Shown here in pieces: positions 1 to 8,824 of a DNA stretch of 61,186 nt. The stretch comes from Candidatus Omnitrophota bacterium (GTDB taxonomy: Bacteria > Omnitrophota > Gorgyraeia > Gygaellales > Profunditerraquicolaceae). Position 1 is the stretch's first letter. Every line of letters starts with the position of its first letter. The notes under the pieces are model-generated. The model saw nothing but the letters and a program-made list of their open reading frames with translations. It searched no databases and was not told the DNA's origin. A program made the translations under genes and the position numbers. Where the stretch lies: assembly GCA_028712175.1 (NCBI GenBank), contig JAQTQQ010000005.1:54906-116091 (forward strand), in the 5' to 3' direction.

Positions 1-19
1 CCAACAAATTTTTTAAAAC

Positions 20-96
20 TGGTGGCGGAGAGTGGATTTAAACCACCGACCAAGCGGGTATGAGCCGCGTGCTCTATCAGGCTGAGCTACTCCGCC
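20..96 (-). tRNA. tRNA-Met (anticodon CAT), elongator-like, CCA encoded
   Basis: The reverse complement GGCGGAGTAGCTCAGCCTGATAGAGCACGCGGCTCATACCCGCTTGGTCGGTGGTTTAAATCCACTCTCCGCCACCA folds as a cloverleaf with a 7-bp acceptor stem and anticodon loop CTCATAC. It lacks the initiator features (C1:A72 mismatch, GGG:CCC in the anticodon stem). A lysidine-modified Ile2 identity is not excluded. Confidence 0.88.
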
Positions 97-115
97 GTAA
101 AACAACTTACAAGAT

Positions 116-904
116 TTATTTTTTTCTATATGCTTCTAAATACGAATCACAGTAGATATTTTTATTCAAAATAAGCTCAGCAGTAATCAACGCATCCATC
201 AATTCATTATCTTTAGGATTAAGTATAGCAGAATCCAAGCCGTAAGCAAGGCTCATAGTTAAAAATGTACGGTTGATCAGGCTGCGTAACCGGATGCCCT
301 GAGACAGGTTACTTAAACCTACAATCGTTTTAGGGCTTGGATCGCACAAAAGTTTAAATTCATGGATAGATTCTAAAATACCCTTAATCTGTTCTTGCGC
401 CACATTCACCGGCAAGAGTATGGGGTCCAAATACAGATCTTCAACCGGAAACCCGTTATCCTGGCAATAAGCAACAATATTTGCCGCTAACTCCAGGCGC
501 TGGTCTTTATTTTGCGGTATGCCTTTTTTACTGATCGTAATTGCGACTAATTGAGAATTGTATTGCTTGGCTAAAGGCAGGAGAACATCAAGCTTTTCTT
601 CATCCGCCGTTGTAGAATTGATAATTGTCTTATTTTTAGAGACTTTAAGCCCCGCTTTAATAACTTCCGCCTTACTTGAATCCAGGCAAAGCGGCTTATC
701 GGTTACCTCCTGAACAGCCTCTATGAGCCAAGGCATATCAATTAACGGGTTTTTTGACGCTGGGCCGCAGTTTACATCTAAAGCGGAAGCCCCGCAGGCA
801 ACCTGTTCTAGAGCGCACTTTTGCACTATCAATTTATTACGGCTTGAAATCGCCGCTTGAATATCCGCATACATTCCGTTAATCAATTCCCCGATAATAA
901 ACAT
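116..904 (-). CDS. acsE: Methyltetrahydrofolate:corrinoid/iron-sulfur protein methyltransferase (pterin-binding, MeTr)
   Basis: 262 aa. The N-terminus FIIGELINGM and the stretch GASALDVNCGP are typical of the AcsE/pterin-binding family. It lies in a cluster with acsD and acsC. Confidence 0.85.
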   Translation of the reverse strand: MFIIGELINGMYADIQAAISSRNKLIVQKCALEQVACGASALDVNCGPASKNPLIDMPWLIEAVQEVTDKPLCLDSSKAEVIKAGLKVSKNKTIINSTTADEEKLDVLLPLAKQYNSQLVAITISKKGIPQNKDQRLELAANIVAYCQDNGFPVEDLYLDPILLPVNVAQEQIKGILESIHEFKLLCDPSPKTIVGLSNLSQGIRLRSLINRTFLTMSLAYGLDSAILNPKDNELMDALITAELILNKNIYCDSYLEAYRKK

Positions 905-906
905 GT

Positions 907-1842
907 TTATCCTTTATATAGCATTTCAATAAAATTATTAACTTTTTCTATTGCCTTAGGGTGGCGCATAACCAAAAGATCAGCCCCTGACTGTATAAGA
1001 CTGGAGGCAGTAATTACTTCCCAAATAATCCCCTGGTTGGCGCTTGCTTTTGCCTCTTTTGCCTTCCACGCTTCCTGGCCGACAAAACAGATAAAAGGAG
1101 AAGCCAGGCTCTTATCTCCGCTTAAAGCAGCAAGGCGCGCCCTTTCCATAATAGAATAGGCATACTCTAACCCATACCCTAAAGAACCAATCGTAGGATC
1201 CATTACAATACGTTCAAACGCCAGCCCAATATCAGAAATTAATATATTTAATTGCTTGGCAATATTGATATCTATAGGGCTCTGGGCAATAATAGTATGG
1301 CCATCCGCTAAGGCGCTAGCGGCCAATGTTTTATAATTATCCTGGACCGCACACCCGATAAGACAGCGCTCTTTTTTGGCTGCTTCCGAAATCAAAGGCA
1401 TAATTAAATTATCTTTTACGTCATTTTCGCATCCAATAATAATCAAGGGTACCCCGGTCCTGCTTAATAATTCTGAAACAAATTTAGCCGACTCCTCTGC
1501 CCCTTTATCCCCACTGTCAGGATGCGCTCCCTGCATTTTAAGACAGAGCAACTCTGCCTTAAAATCATTTACACATTTATCCACCCAGGCAAACGGGTCC
1601 TTTATTGATTTCCCATACGCAGAAACAAGCTCGCTATCCCAGTCAACAGGCGCGATATCCCATACCTCAAAGGCAATTTTTGGTTTATTAGGAATTACCC
1701 CTTCTTTAAATAATAAGGGCAATGATTTTTGGCCTCCGATTTCAATGCTATGGCTACGGGACCCCCCATGTTCATTTTTTGCACCAATAATTACCGTAGA
1801 TATTTCATGCGGCCATTTCTCAAGCGCTAGTTGCGTTTCCAT
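907..1842 (-). CDS. acsD: Corrinoid iron-sulfur protein small subunit (CdhD/AcsD family)
   Basis: 311 aa. Length and sequence fit the acetyl-CoA decarbonylase/synthase delta subunit family. It sits 2 nt upstream of acsE. Confidence 0.82.
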   Translation of the reverse strand: METQLALEKWPHEISTVIIGAKNEHGGSRSHSIEIGGQKSLPLLFKEGVIPNKPKIAFEVWDIAPVDWDSELVSAYGKSIKDPFAWVDKCVNDFKAELLCLKMQGAHPDSGDKGAEESAKFVSELLSRTGVPLIIIGCENDVKDNLIMPLISEAAKKERCLIGCAVQDNYKTLAASALADGHTIIAQSPIDINIAKQLNILISDIGLAFERIVMDPTIGSLGYGLEYAYSIMERARLAALSGDKSLASPFICFVGQEAWKAKEAKASANQGIIWEVITASSLIQSGADLLVMRHPKAIEKVNNFIEMLYKG

Positions 1843-2579
1843 ATAGGATCTCCCAATAAATTAAACTCCCGTAAAATATCTGCGTGCGGCGAAAGCTCGA
1901 AAACAGACCCGCCTTTTAAGCTTAACCTTTCAATATCCTGATCAAACGGCAAACTTCCTAAATAATCCAGCCCAATTTCTTTAATCTCCTGTTTTTGAGT
2001 GCCTTTATTAAACCTGTTAACCAAAAGAAAACTTTTTTTAACTTCAAATTTTAACTGCCTAACCAATTCAACAATCTTTTTGACTGACCTTAAGCCTACG
2101 ACAGAAGAATCAGACACAAGCACGAGAAGATCAGCTAAGCGCGTAGTCCTGCGCGATAAATGCTCAAGCCCTGCTTCGTTATCAATAACTATATAGTCAT
2201 AATCCTTGATTAAATTCTCCATAACCGCCCTTAACACATTATTTACATAACAATAGCATCCCGGACCCTCGGGCTTACCCATGTTTAACAAATCAAACCC
2301 GTTTTCTTCCTGAACAGCTGTTTGCACTTGAAGCTGAATAAAACGCTCTTTAGTCATGCCAGCCGGAATTTTATCGGGATATAGAGCTATAGCGTCAAGA
2401 ATTTCTCCTATGCTGGATTGGCTTTTTACTCCTAAACTCTCCGCCAGGTTGCTGTTTGGGTCGGCGTCTATGGCTAAAACCGAACCCAATTTCTTATCTT
2501 TTATAAAACGTATAATTAAAGCGGCGATCGTGGTTTTTCCGGTTCCGCCTTTTCCCGCCATCGCAATAACCCTACCCAT
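1827..2579 (-). CDS. cooC: CooC/AcsF-type nickel-insertion ATPase (MinD/ParA-like P-loop)
   Basis: 250 aa with a deviant Walker A motif AMAGKGGTGKTT. It is embedded in the acs cluster and overlaps both flanking genes. Confidence 0.8.
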   Translation of the reverse strand: MGRVIAMAGKGGTGKTTIAALIIRFIKDKKLGSVLAIDADPNSNLAESLGVKSQSSIGEILDAIALYPDKIPAGMTKERFIQLQVQTAVQEENGFDLLNMGKPEGPGCYCYVNNVLRAVMENLIKDYDYIVIDNEAGLEHLSRRTTRLADLLVLVSDSSVVGLRSVKKIVELVRQLKFEVKKSFLLVNRFNKGTQKQEIKEIGLDYLGSLPFDQDIERLSLKGGSVFELSPHADILREFNLLGDPIWKRN

Positions 2580-4503
2580 TAAACTTCACCGTTGGAAATT
2601 TTGCCAAATCCGTATGCGGAAAGAATAACGCCTGGCTGTATTCTTCCATATAAGCCGGATCAACCGATAATTCAAAATATGTAATCTTAGAAGCAAGCTT
2701 ATCCGCCAAAGACATGGCCTGAGCGGATAAAAGGACCTGACGCGAACCTGCTAATGAACTATTGCCTATAAAAACAAACTTAGAACGTTCCATATCCGGC
2801 AATAATCCGATTTTAATTGCCTTATCAATATCTAAATATGTACCAAAACCTCCAGCGATGTAAAATTTATGGATACAAGTAAAATCCAGGCCTAAATGTT
2901 TAACTAAAATAGATGCCGCAGAATATATTGCTCCTTTAGAACGCTTAAGATTCTCAATATCCGCCTCGTTAATCACAATATCCCTGCCCGATTCAGTTTT
3001 GTTTCCAAAACAAATTACGAATTCAAGCCCCGAATCAGACTGGCGGATCCTGCTGCATTCCGCCTTAATTTTACCTGATTTATCAATGATTCCCGCATCC
3101 AGCATTTCGCTTAACAGGTCTATATAACCCGAGCCGCATATTCCGCAGGGCTTCTTGTCCCCGATAGTAGAATACTTAACGTTAAAATCTCCCTTGTTTA
3201 TACTTATTTTCTGAATTGCTCCGCTGGATGCGCGCATACCGCTGGTTACTCCGCTACCTTCAAAAGCAGGCCCGGCAGAGGCAGCACAAGCAACCAAGAA
3301 TTCTTTATTCCCTAAAACAATCTCGCCATTGGTACCGATATCGATCAATATACAAGGCTGGTCTTTTTGGTATATGCCGCTAGAGAGAACTCCTGAAGTG
3401 GTGTCTCCTCCTACATAGCTGGAAACACCCGGCACACAATAAAGCAGCCCCCTTGAATTAATATTTATATCGGCTTCGGCCGCCCTTAAAACAGGCAAGA
3501 AATTTGCCGTTGCAACATACGGTTCTCTACGAATATGGGCAGGGTCCATATTCAACAAAAGATGGATCATCGTAGTATTACCAGAGCAAACCATGCAGTT
3601 AACGTCATTAAGGTCAACATTATGCTCAAGAACCAATTCTCTGATTATCTGATTCATTGTGTCAGATACGGCATTATGCAGATGCTTAAGGCCGTCTGGC
3701 TTTGCCGCATGGACAATGCGCGTAATCACATCGCCTCCAAAAGCGGCCTGCTGGTTATAAGCTGCTTTTGTCCCGAGAATTTTATTCGAATTTAGGTTTA
3801 TCAGCTGGCCTGAAATTGTAGTTGTGCCGATATCAAAAGAGAGGCCGAAATTATTTCCGGTCGTATCTTTCGGCTCAATTAAAACAATTTCAACCGTATT
3901 ATTGCGTTTACCTAATGTAACGGTAACCTTCCACTCGTAATCACGCAAAAGCTGCCCTAACTGGCGTATATTAAATAAACCCGTTTGAATTACAGGAAAT
4001 GCCTCGAATCTCCGCAGGGCCCGGTATAATCTTTCTAAATCGCTTAGGTTGTCTTCAAGGGTGGGCTTAGGCAGGTCCAAATATATTTTTGTAACAAAAG
4101 GAGAATGTTTAAAAACTTTTTCTCCGATTTTTTCATCCTGCGTCCAAATATCCTCGGCCTTTGAATACAGCCCGCTTAAACGTTCCTCCAGCTCTCCAGG
4201 AGTAAGCTTATCGAAATTAAGGCGCGAACTTTCGGGAATTATGACCTCTAAGTCGCTTTGGATGCTCGTCAGGCAGGCTAAATATATATTAGCCTTTTTA
4301 TCGAGAGCGGTAATTATTCCGTTAGGCTGGCTTGTTACCTCTCCTTTATTGACCACTACCCTGCATTTCCCGCATATCCCGTCACCACCGCAGGTAGAAT
4401 TAATATAAATCCCTGCGGAAATAGCCGCGGAAAGAATGGTTTTATCTTTATCAACTGAAACGGTTAAATTATCCGGTAAAAAGGTAACTTGAAATTTTTG
4501 CAT
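2572..4503 (-). CDS. Reductive activator of corrinoid Fe-S protein (RACo/AcsV): 2Fe-2S ferredoxin domain plus ASKHA ATPase
   Basis: 643 aa. The N-terminus carries a plant-type ferredoxin motif CGGDGICGKC, and the C-terminal half is a large ASKHA-fold domain (DIGTT, DIGTNGE). It lies between acsC and cooC. Confidence 0.8.
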   Translation of the reverse strand: MQKFQVTFLPDNLTVSVDKDKTILSAAISAGIYINSTCGGDGICGKCRVVVNKGEVTSQPNGIITALDKKANIYLACLTSIQSDLEVIIPESSRLNFDKLTPGELEERLSGLYSKAEDIWTQDEKIGEKVFKHSPFVTKIYLDLPKPTLEDNLSDLERLYRALRRFEAFPVIQTGLFNIRQLGQLLRDYEWKVTVTLGKRNNTVEIVLIEPKDTTGNNFGLSFDIGTTTISGQLINLNSNKILGTKAAYNQQAAFGGDVITRIVHAAKPDGLKHLHNAVSDTMNQIIRELVLEHNVDLNDVNCMVCSGNTTMIHLLLNMDPAHIRREPYVATANFLPVLRAAEADININSRGLLYCVPGVSSYVGGDTTSGVLSSGIYQKDQPCILIDIGTNGEIVLGNKEFLVACAASAGPAFEGSGVTSGMRASSGAIQKISINKGDFNVKYSTIGDKKPCGICGSGYIDLLSEMLDAGIIDKSGKIKAECSRIRQSDSGLEFVICFGNKTESGRDIVINEADIENLKRSKGAIYSAASILVKHLGLDFTCIHKFYIAGGFGTYLDIDKAIKIGLLPDMERSKFVFIGNSSLAGSRQVLLSAQAMSLADKLASKITYFELSVDPAYMEEYSQALFFPHTDLAKFPTVKFNG

Positions 4504-4510
4504 AGATAAA

Positions 4511-5842
4511 TTAATTCAGGTTTTTTAAGAACGCGGGAATTCCGGCTGCCTCTTTTGGGCCTACGATGATATTAAATCCTGAGGCATCCTGAAGGTCTCC
4601 GCTCATCATCGCAACATATCCGGGAATGATCAAATTCTTATGCTTGACCACCCCCTTTGCCCCGCTGGCTTCCAATGATTTAGTAATTGTTTCAGCATTA
4701 AATTTTTCTGCGGCCCATGCCGTTAATACTGACATCCCTTGAGTATCCACGCTTAAAATATACGAAGGTATTTTACTGGCTTCCACTTCGCCTAAAACGG
4801 TATAATAACTTAAAGAAAAATTAGTGGTGACTAAGAGAGGAGATTTATCATTAACATTGCCTATCGGATAAAGCTTGGGGTCAATCTGTAGAGGTTTCTG
4901 CGGGTCGGTGTATATATTCTGCCTGAGTGTCAAAATAGAAATAACCTCCCAAGCCTCTATTCCCTTAATCAGGACAATCCCGGCATATTTAGAAATATAT
5001 GCGGTTGCCTCCATAGCCTCATCGTAAGAGCAAGCCTTATCAACTATAGCCAAAGTCGGATAACCCAAGGCCCGGTTTGATTTCTTAAGCGCCTGCCTGC
5101 GGATTTGAGTTAAATCCCAGATTTTATCGGCAACAGATTTTAAACCTGTATCTAAAATCAGGTTATTTACACCCAGCGCATTAAGCTCCTTAGTAAGCAG
5201 GGATAGGGCGCCAAGGCTATCCGCAGTTACTACAAGCGGCAGGTTAAATTCTTTGCATATGGCCCCAACCTCCTTAAAATTATTTTCTCTGGCGCAATAA
5301 ATAAGAGGAACGCGGCTTTTGGCAATTTCTGCCGCCTGCTTCAAAGCCAAAAGATCTTTAGGCATAAGAACTACCTGCTTTGCCGTATTGCTTAATAATA
5401 TTTTAGTTGCTTCCAGAAACCTTTTAGTATCTTTATTTTGTTTTAAAGCAACCAAGTTAACCTCTAAAAGCTGCCCTATGCGCTCAAATACCAGATGATT
5501 GATTTTATCAAGCCGGGATTTTATTTCCTCGTCGCTTAAGCTATCTTCAATAATAATACCCACGCCTGCAGGATTACGGAATTTTTCCTCATGCCTGAAC
5601 ATTACCGTTTCATTACCAATCTCAAATTTTGATTCGTTTAAACCTAAAATTAAGGGTTTTATCGGAGGCAAGGCTTGGGCCTCTAAGATAGCTTTAGCCT
5701 CAGGCGAAATAAAAGGACACTTCTCAATCTGAACCGCTTTTTTTGCCAATTGCATGGCAAAAGCAAGGCAGGTAGCAAATCCGCACTGGCGGCAATTTGT
5801 TTTTGGCAGCAGCTTATAAATATCCAACCCTGAAAGTGCCAT
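4511..5842 (-). CDS. acsC: Corrinoid iron-sulfur protein large subunit (CdhE/AcsC family)
   Basis: 443 aa with the N-terminal 4Fe-4S motif NCRQCGFATCLAFAMQLA...CP characteristic of AcsC. Confidence 0.85.
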   Translation of the reverse strand: MALSGLDIYKLLPKTNCRQCGFATCLAFAMQLAKKAVQIEKCPFISPEAKAILEAQALPPIKPLILGLNESKFEIGNETVMFRHEEKFRNPAGVGIIIEDSLSDEEIKSRLDKINHLVFERIGQLLEVNLVALKQNKDTKRFLEATKILLSNTAKQVVLMPKDLLALKQAAEIAKSRVPLIYCARENNFKEVGAICKEFNLPLVVTADSLGALSLLTKELNALGVNNLILDTGLKSVADKIWDLTQIRRQALKKSNRALGYPTLAIVDKACSYDEAMEATAYISKYAGIVLIKGIEAWEVISILTLRQNIYTDPQKPLQIDPKLYPIGNVNDKSPLLVTTNFSLSYYTVLGEVEASKIPSYILSVDTQGMSVLTAWAAEKFNAETITKSLEASGAKGVVKHKNLIIPGYVAMMSGDLQDASGFNIIVGPKEAAGIPAFLKNLN

Positions 5843-5844
5843 AA

Positions 5845-6516
5845 TTAACTCCTATTAATTAAGCTTGCAAAATATCCGGCCCCGAAACCATTATCGATGT
5901 TTACAACGGTTACACCCGGGGAACAGCCATTTAGCATGGTTAATAAGGCAGCCAGCCCGGAAAAACTTGAACCATACCCGCAGCTTGTAGGCACCGCAAC
6001 AATCGGGGCCTTGACTAACCCGCTGACTAAACTGGGGAGCGCTCCTTCCATTCCCGCCACAACAATAATCACTTGGGCATGCTTTAACTTATCAATATTA
6101 CTCATTAAGCGATGCACCCCCGCAACACCGACATCATAGAGCCTTTCGACACGGTTACCCATAACCTCAAGCGTCTGAACAGCTTCCTCAGCGATAGGCA
6201 CATCACTTGTGCCTGCACAAATCACTAGAACCATTCCCTTCGAAGTTAACTTAGGTTTAGCCAGGAGATAGGCGATTTTTGCCAGAGGATTATATTTTAA
6301 AGCAGGAATTTCCTTCTTTAATTGAGAATACGTAGCCCTATCTAATTTAGTTAAAAGAATATCTTCCTTTAACTTAAATACTTTTTTGACAATTTTTTTA
6401 AGATGCAGGAGGTCTTTCCCCGGGCAATATATCACCTCTGCAAAACCTTTTCGTTTCCTTCTATCCGTATCGAATTTGGCAAATCCCAGGTCACAGAACC
6501 CGCGTCCTTGTGGCAT
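5845..6516 (-). CDS. larB: LarB-type pyridinium-3,5-biscarboxylic acid mononucleotide synthase (PurE-like; nickel-pincer cofactor pathway)
   Basis: 223 aa. The motifs AEVIYCPGK and CAGTSDVPIAEEA...DVGVAGVHRL match my memory of LarB signatures. Its stop is 2 nt from the acsC start. Confidence 0.72.
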   Translation of the reverse strand: MPQGRGFCDLGFAKFDTDRRKRKGFAEVIYCPGKDLLHLKKIVKKVFKLKEDILLTKLDRATYSQLKKEIPALKYNPLAKIAYLLAKPKLTSKGMVLVICAGTSDVPIAEEAVQTLEVMGNRVERLYDVGVAGVHRLMSNIDKLKHAQVIIVVAGMEGALPSLVSGLVKAPIVAVPTSCGYGSSFSGLAALLTMLNGCSPGVTVVNIDNGFGAGYFASLINRS

Positions 6517-6520
6517 TTAT

Positions 6521-6832
6521 CTATAAGCCCCGGAAAAACAGATAGCCCAGAATGATTATAAAAAATAAAGCGAAAATATAAAAATCATTAAAATAAAGAA
6601 AATCCCGGAACCGGCTTCTCAATCCTGCCGGCTCTGTCTTTACGGCATCCGGATGCAAATGCCCATGGTTTTTTTTATATTGTTCGACCTGCTCCTTTTT
6701 AAATCTTAAATATACTCCCCCCACCTTATAACCGGGGACAGCCCCTGTTTCAGCTAAATCTAAAACATCTTTTTCGGAAATACCCAAAATTATGGATACG
6801 TCCCTGACTGTGAGCATTTTTTCTTCGATCAT
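6521..6832 (-). CDS. Excisionase/MerR-superfamily HTH protein with a C-terminal transmembrane helix
   Basis: 103 aa. It has an HTH_17-like N-terminus (LTVRDVSIILGISEKDVLDLAETGAVPGYKVGGVYLRF) and a hydrophobic tail FYIFALFFIIILGYLFF. Confidence 0.6.
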   Translation of the reverse strand: MIEEKMLTVRDVSIILGISEKDVLDLAETGAVPGYKVGGVYLRFKKEQVEQYKKNHGHLHPDAVKTEPAGLRSRFRDFLYFNDFYIFALFFIIILGYLFFRGL

Positions 6833-6835
6833 AGA

Positions 6836-7339
6836 TTATTTTGCGATTTTCCCGGAAGCTACCCAGGCGTCAATCGCTTTGCGTTCAAACTTCCATTCGT
6901 TGTTTTCTTTACTTGCCGGTACCTTTCCGGAACTAGCCCATTCCATAATCGAGCTCAATTCAACTTCCAGGTATTTCGATAGTTGTTCAGAATTCAAAAA
7001 ATCATGCAGCATTGTACACTGCCCCTGCAGGATTGCTCCCTCGGCGACATTAAGCTTTGCAGGATAAATATGCCCCTCTACAAAAGCCTGCGGCAGAAGG
7101 GTAAGACGCTCTTTAGCGGTAATCCTGCCCTTAACCCGGCCGCCAATTATAACATTATCTCCGATAATATCCGCATTAATAACAGCTGTCGGCCCGATAG
7201 TAAGATTTCCGCGGGTATCAAGATTGCCTTCAAACTTTCCGTTAATACGCAGATTAACCGGATCCTTAAAACTCAAAGTCCCCTGCATCGCGGCATCAAC
7301 ATCCAGAATTTTTTCATCCAAATTCTTTTTAAATGCCAT
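6836..7339 (-). CDS. Bactofilin-domain protein fused to a C-terminal excisionase-type HTH
   Basis: 167 aa. The beta-helical bactofilin repeat pattern is present (GKFEGNLDTRGNLTIGPTAVINADIIGDNVIIGGRVKGRITAKERLTL...VEGHI). The tail LSKYLEVELSSIMEWASSGKVPASKENNEWKFERKAIDAW resembles HTH_17. Confidence 0.68.
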   Translation of the reverse strand: MAFKKNLDEKILDVDAAMQGTLSFKDPVNLRINGKFEGNLDTRGNLTIGPTAVINADIIGDNVIIGGRVKGRITAKERLTLLPQAFVEGHIYPAKLNVAEGAILQGQCTMLHDFLNSEQLSKYLEVELSSIMEWASSGKVPASKENNEWKFERKAIDAWVASGKIAK

Positions 7340-7775
7340 CTTTATCCTCCTTGGTTAGAGAACCTTCTACGTAACGCAAAAAATGTAAAACTACCAGAAC
7401 CAGAACCGTCGTATAAATAGCTATCCGGCTAAAACCGGCACCCACTGCCAAACCAATTCCCGCAACTACCCAAAGGCTGGCGGCAGTAGTCAGTCCTTTT
7501 ACTCCGTCGGGTGAGCGGATTATGGTCCCCGCGCCAAGAAACCCGATACCTGTAACTACCCCGGCGGCGATACGCACTGGATCCATCGATACCTGCTCTT
7601 TATATATATCAAAAACATATAAAGATGTCAACATGATAAGAGCCGAGCCCAAAGCCACTAAAATATGCGTACGCAGGCCCGCATCCCTGCGGTGCACTTG
7701 ACGCTCAAGCCCGATTAAACCGCTTAAAACCAAAGTAAGCAACAAACGCGTAATCATTTCCAGGTCAGTCGGCAT
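7329..7775 (-). CDS. MgtC/SapB family membrane protein
   Basis: 148 aa with the family motif GLIGLERQ...AGLRTH and multiple TM helices. Confidence 0.8.
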   Translation of the reverse strand: MPTDLEMITRLLLTLVLSGLIGLERQVHRRDAGLRTHILVALGSALIMLTSLYVFDIYKEQVSMDPVRIAAGVVTGIGFLGAGTIIRSPDGVKGLTTAASLWVVAGIGLAVGAGFSRIAIYTTVLVLVVLHFLRYVEGSLTKEDKDGI

Positions 7776-7789
7776 AACCCCTCCTCATA

Positions 7790-8773
7790 TTAGCTAAGCT
7801 CTATATTTAAATTCAGGCTGCTTCTTTTACCTTTTTCATAAAGGTAACTTCCCAAAGCGGCAACCATAGCCGCATTATCCATACACAAATTAGTATCAGG
7901 AAAATAACAAACTACCCCGGCCTCTTTAGCCTTAGAATAAATTTTCTGCCTTAAATAACCGTTAGCAACCACCCCTCCACCGATTAAAAGAACTGCGGAT
8001 TTTTTATGTTTACAGGCAACTAAAGATTTACGAATTAAGGTATTTACCGCGCTTTCCTGAAAACAGGCAGCCAAATCCTTTTTTAAACCCGGGCCGATTT
8101 TCTTACCCTTTAGATAATAAAAGACTGCGGTCTTTATACCGCTAAAACTAAAATCCATTTCATTATTCATGCCCGAACAGGCAAATTTAATTTTTTTCCT
8201 ATTGCCGCCTTCGGCTAATTTCTCAATTAAAGGCCCTCCGGGGTAACCCAAGCCCATAATTTTGGCAACCTTATCAAATGCCTCGCCGCAAGCATCGTCT
8301 AGGGTTTCTCCAAGTAAAGAAAAATCAGCAAAATCCTTTATGTAAAAAAGGCTGGTATGGCCGCCTGAAACTACCAATGCTACGGCAGGTAACTTAATAT
8401 TGCGATGGCAGAGAAGATTAGCATAGACATGGCTATAGATATGATTAACCCCGATTACAGGTTTACCTAAACTTAGCGCTAAAGCCTTTGCAAATGATAT
8501 CCCGACTAAAAGTGAACCCGGCAGTCCCGGCCCGGAAGTAACGCTCACTAAATCAATATCTTTACAGTTAATTTTCGCTTTTTTAACCGCCTGATTAAAT
8601 ACGGAGGCGATACTTTCAAGCTGCATGCGCGAAGCAATTTCCGGTATGACCCCTCCATGCTTGCTGTGTATTTTAAGGCTAGAGGCGACTATATTCGAAA
8701 GTATTTTCTTTGAACCCCTGACAACTGCAACAGATGTCTCATCGCAGGAGCTTTCAACCCCTAAAACAATCAT
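7790..8773 (-). CDS. tsaD: tRNA N6-adenosine threonylcarbamoyltransferase
   Basis: 327 aa. GVESSCDETSVAVV and the overall Kae1/TsaD pattern are present. Confidence 0.95.
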   Translation of the reverse strand: MIVLGVESSCDETSVAVVRGSKKILSNIVASSLKIHSKHGGVIPEIASRMQLESIASVFNQAVKKAKINCKDIDLVSVTSGPGLPGSLLVGISFAKALALSLGKPVIGVNHIYSHVYANLLCHRNIKLPAVALVVSGGHTSLFYIKDFADFSLLGETLDDACGEAFDKVAKIMGLGYPGGPLIEKLAEGGNRKKIKFACSGMNNEMDFSFSGIKTAVFYYLKGKKIGPGLKKDLAACFQESAVNTLIRKSLVACKHKKSAVLLIGGGVVANGYLRQKIYSKAKEAGVVCYFPDTNLCMDNAAMVAALGSYLYEKGKRSSLNLNIELS

Positions 8774-8824
8774 TAACCTGACCTTTCAGCAGAGCATACT
8801 GCCTTCTAAACGCGCCATTAAATT

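Noticed and set aside
857-1846. Plus-strand ORFs (100 aa and 156 aa) antisense to acsE and acsD, and many similar antisense ORFs throughout the track
   Set aside because: Each lies fully inside a longer, motif-supported minus-strand gene, and none shows a recognisable motif. Such ORFs are typical of AT-rich genomes.
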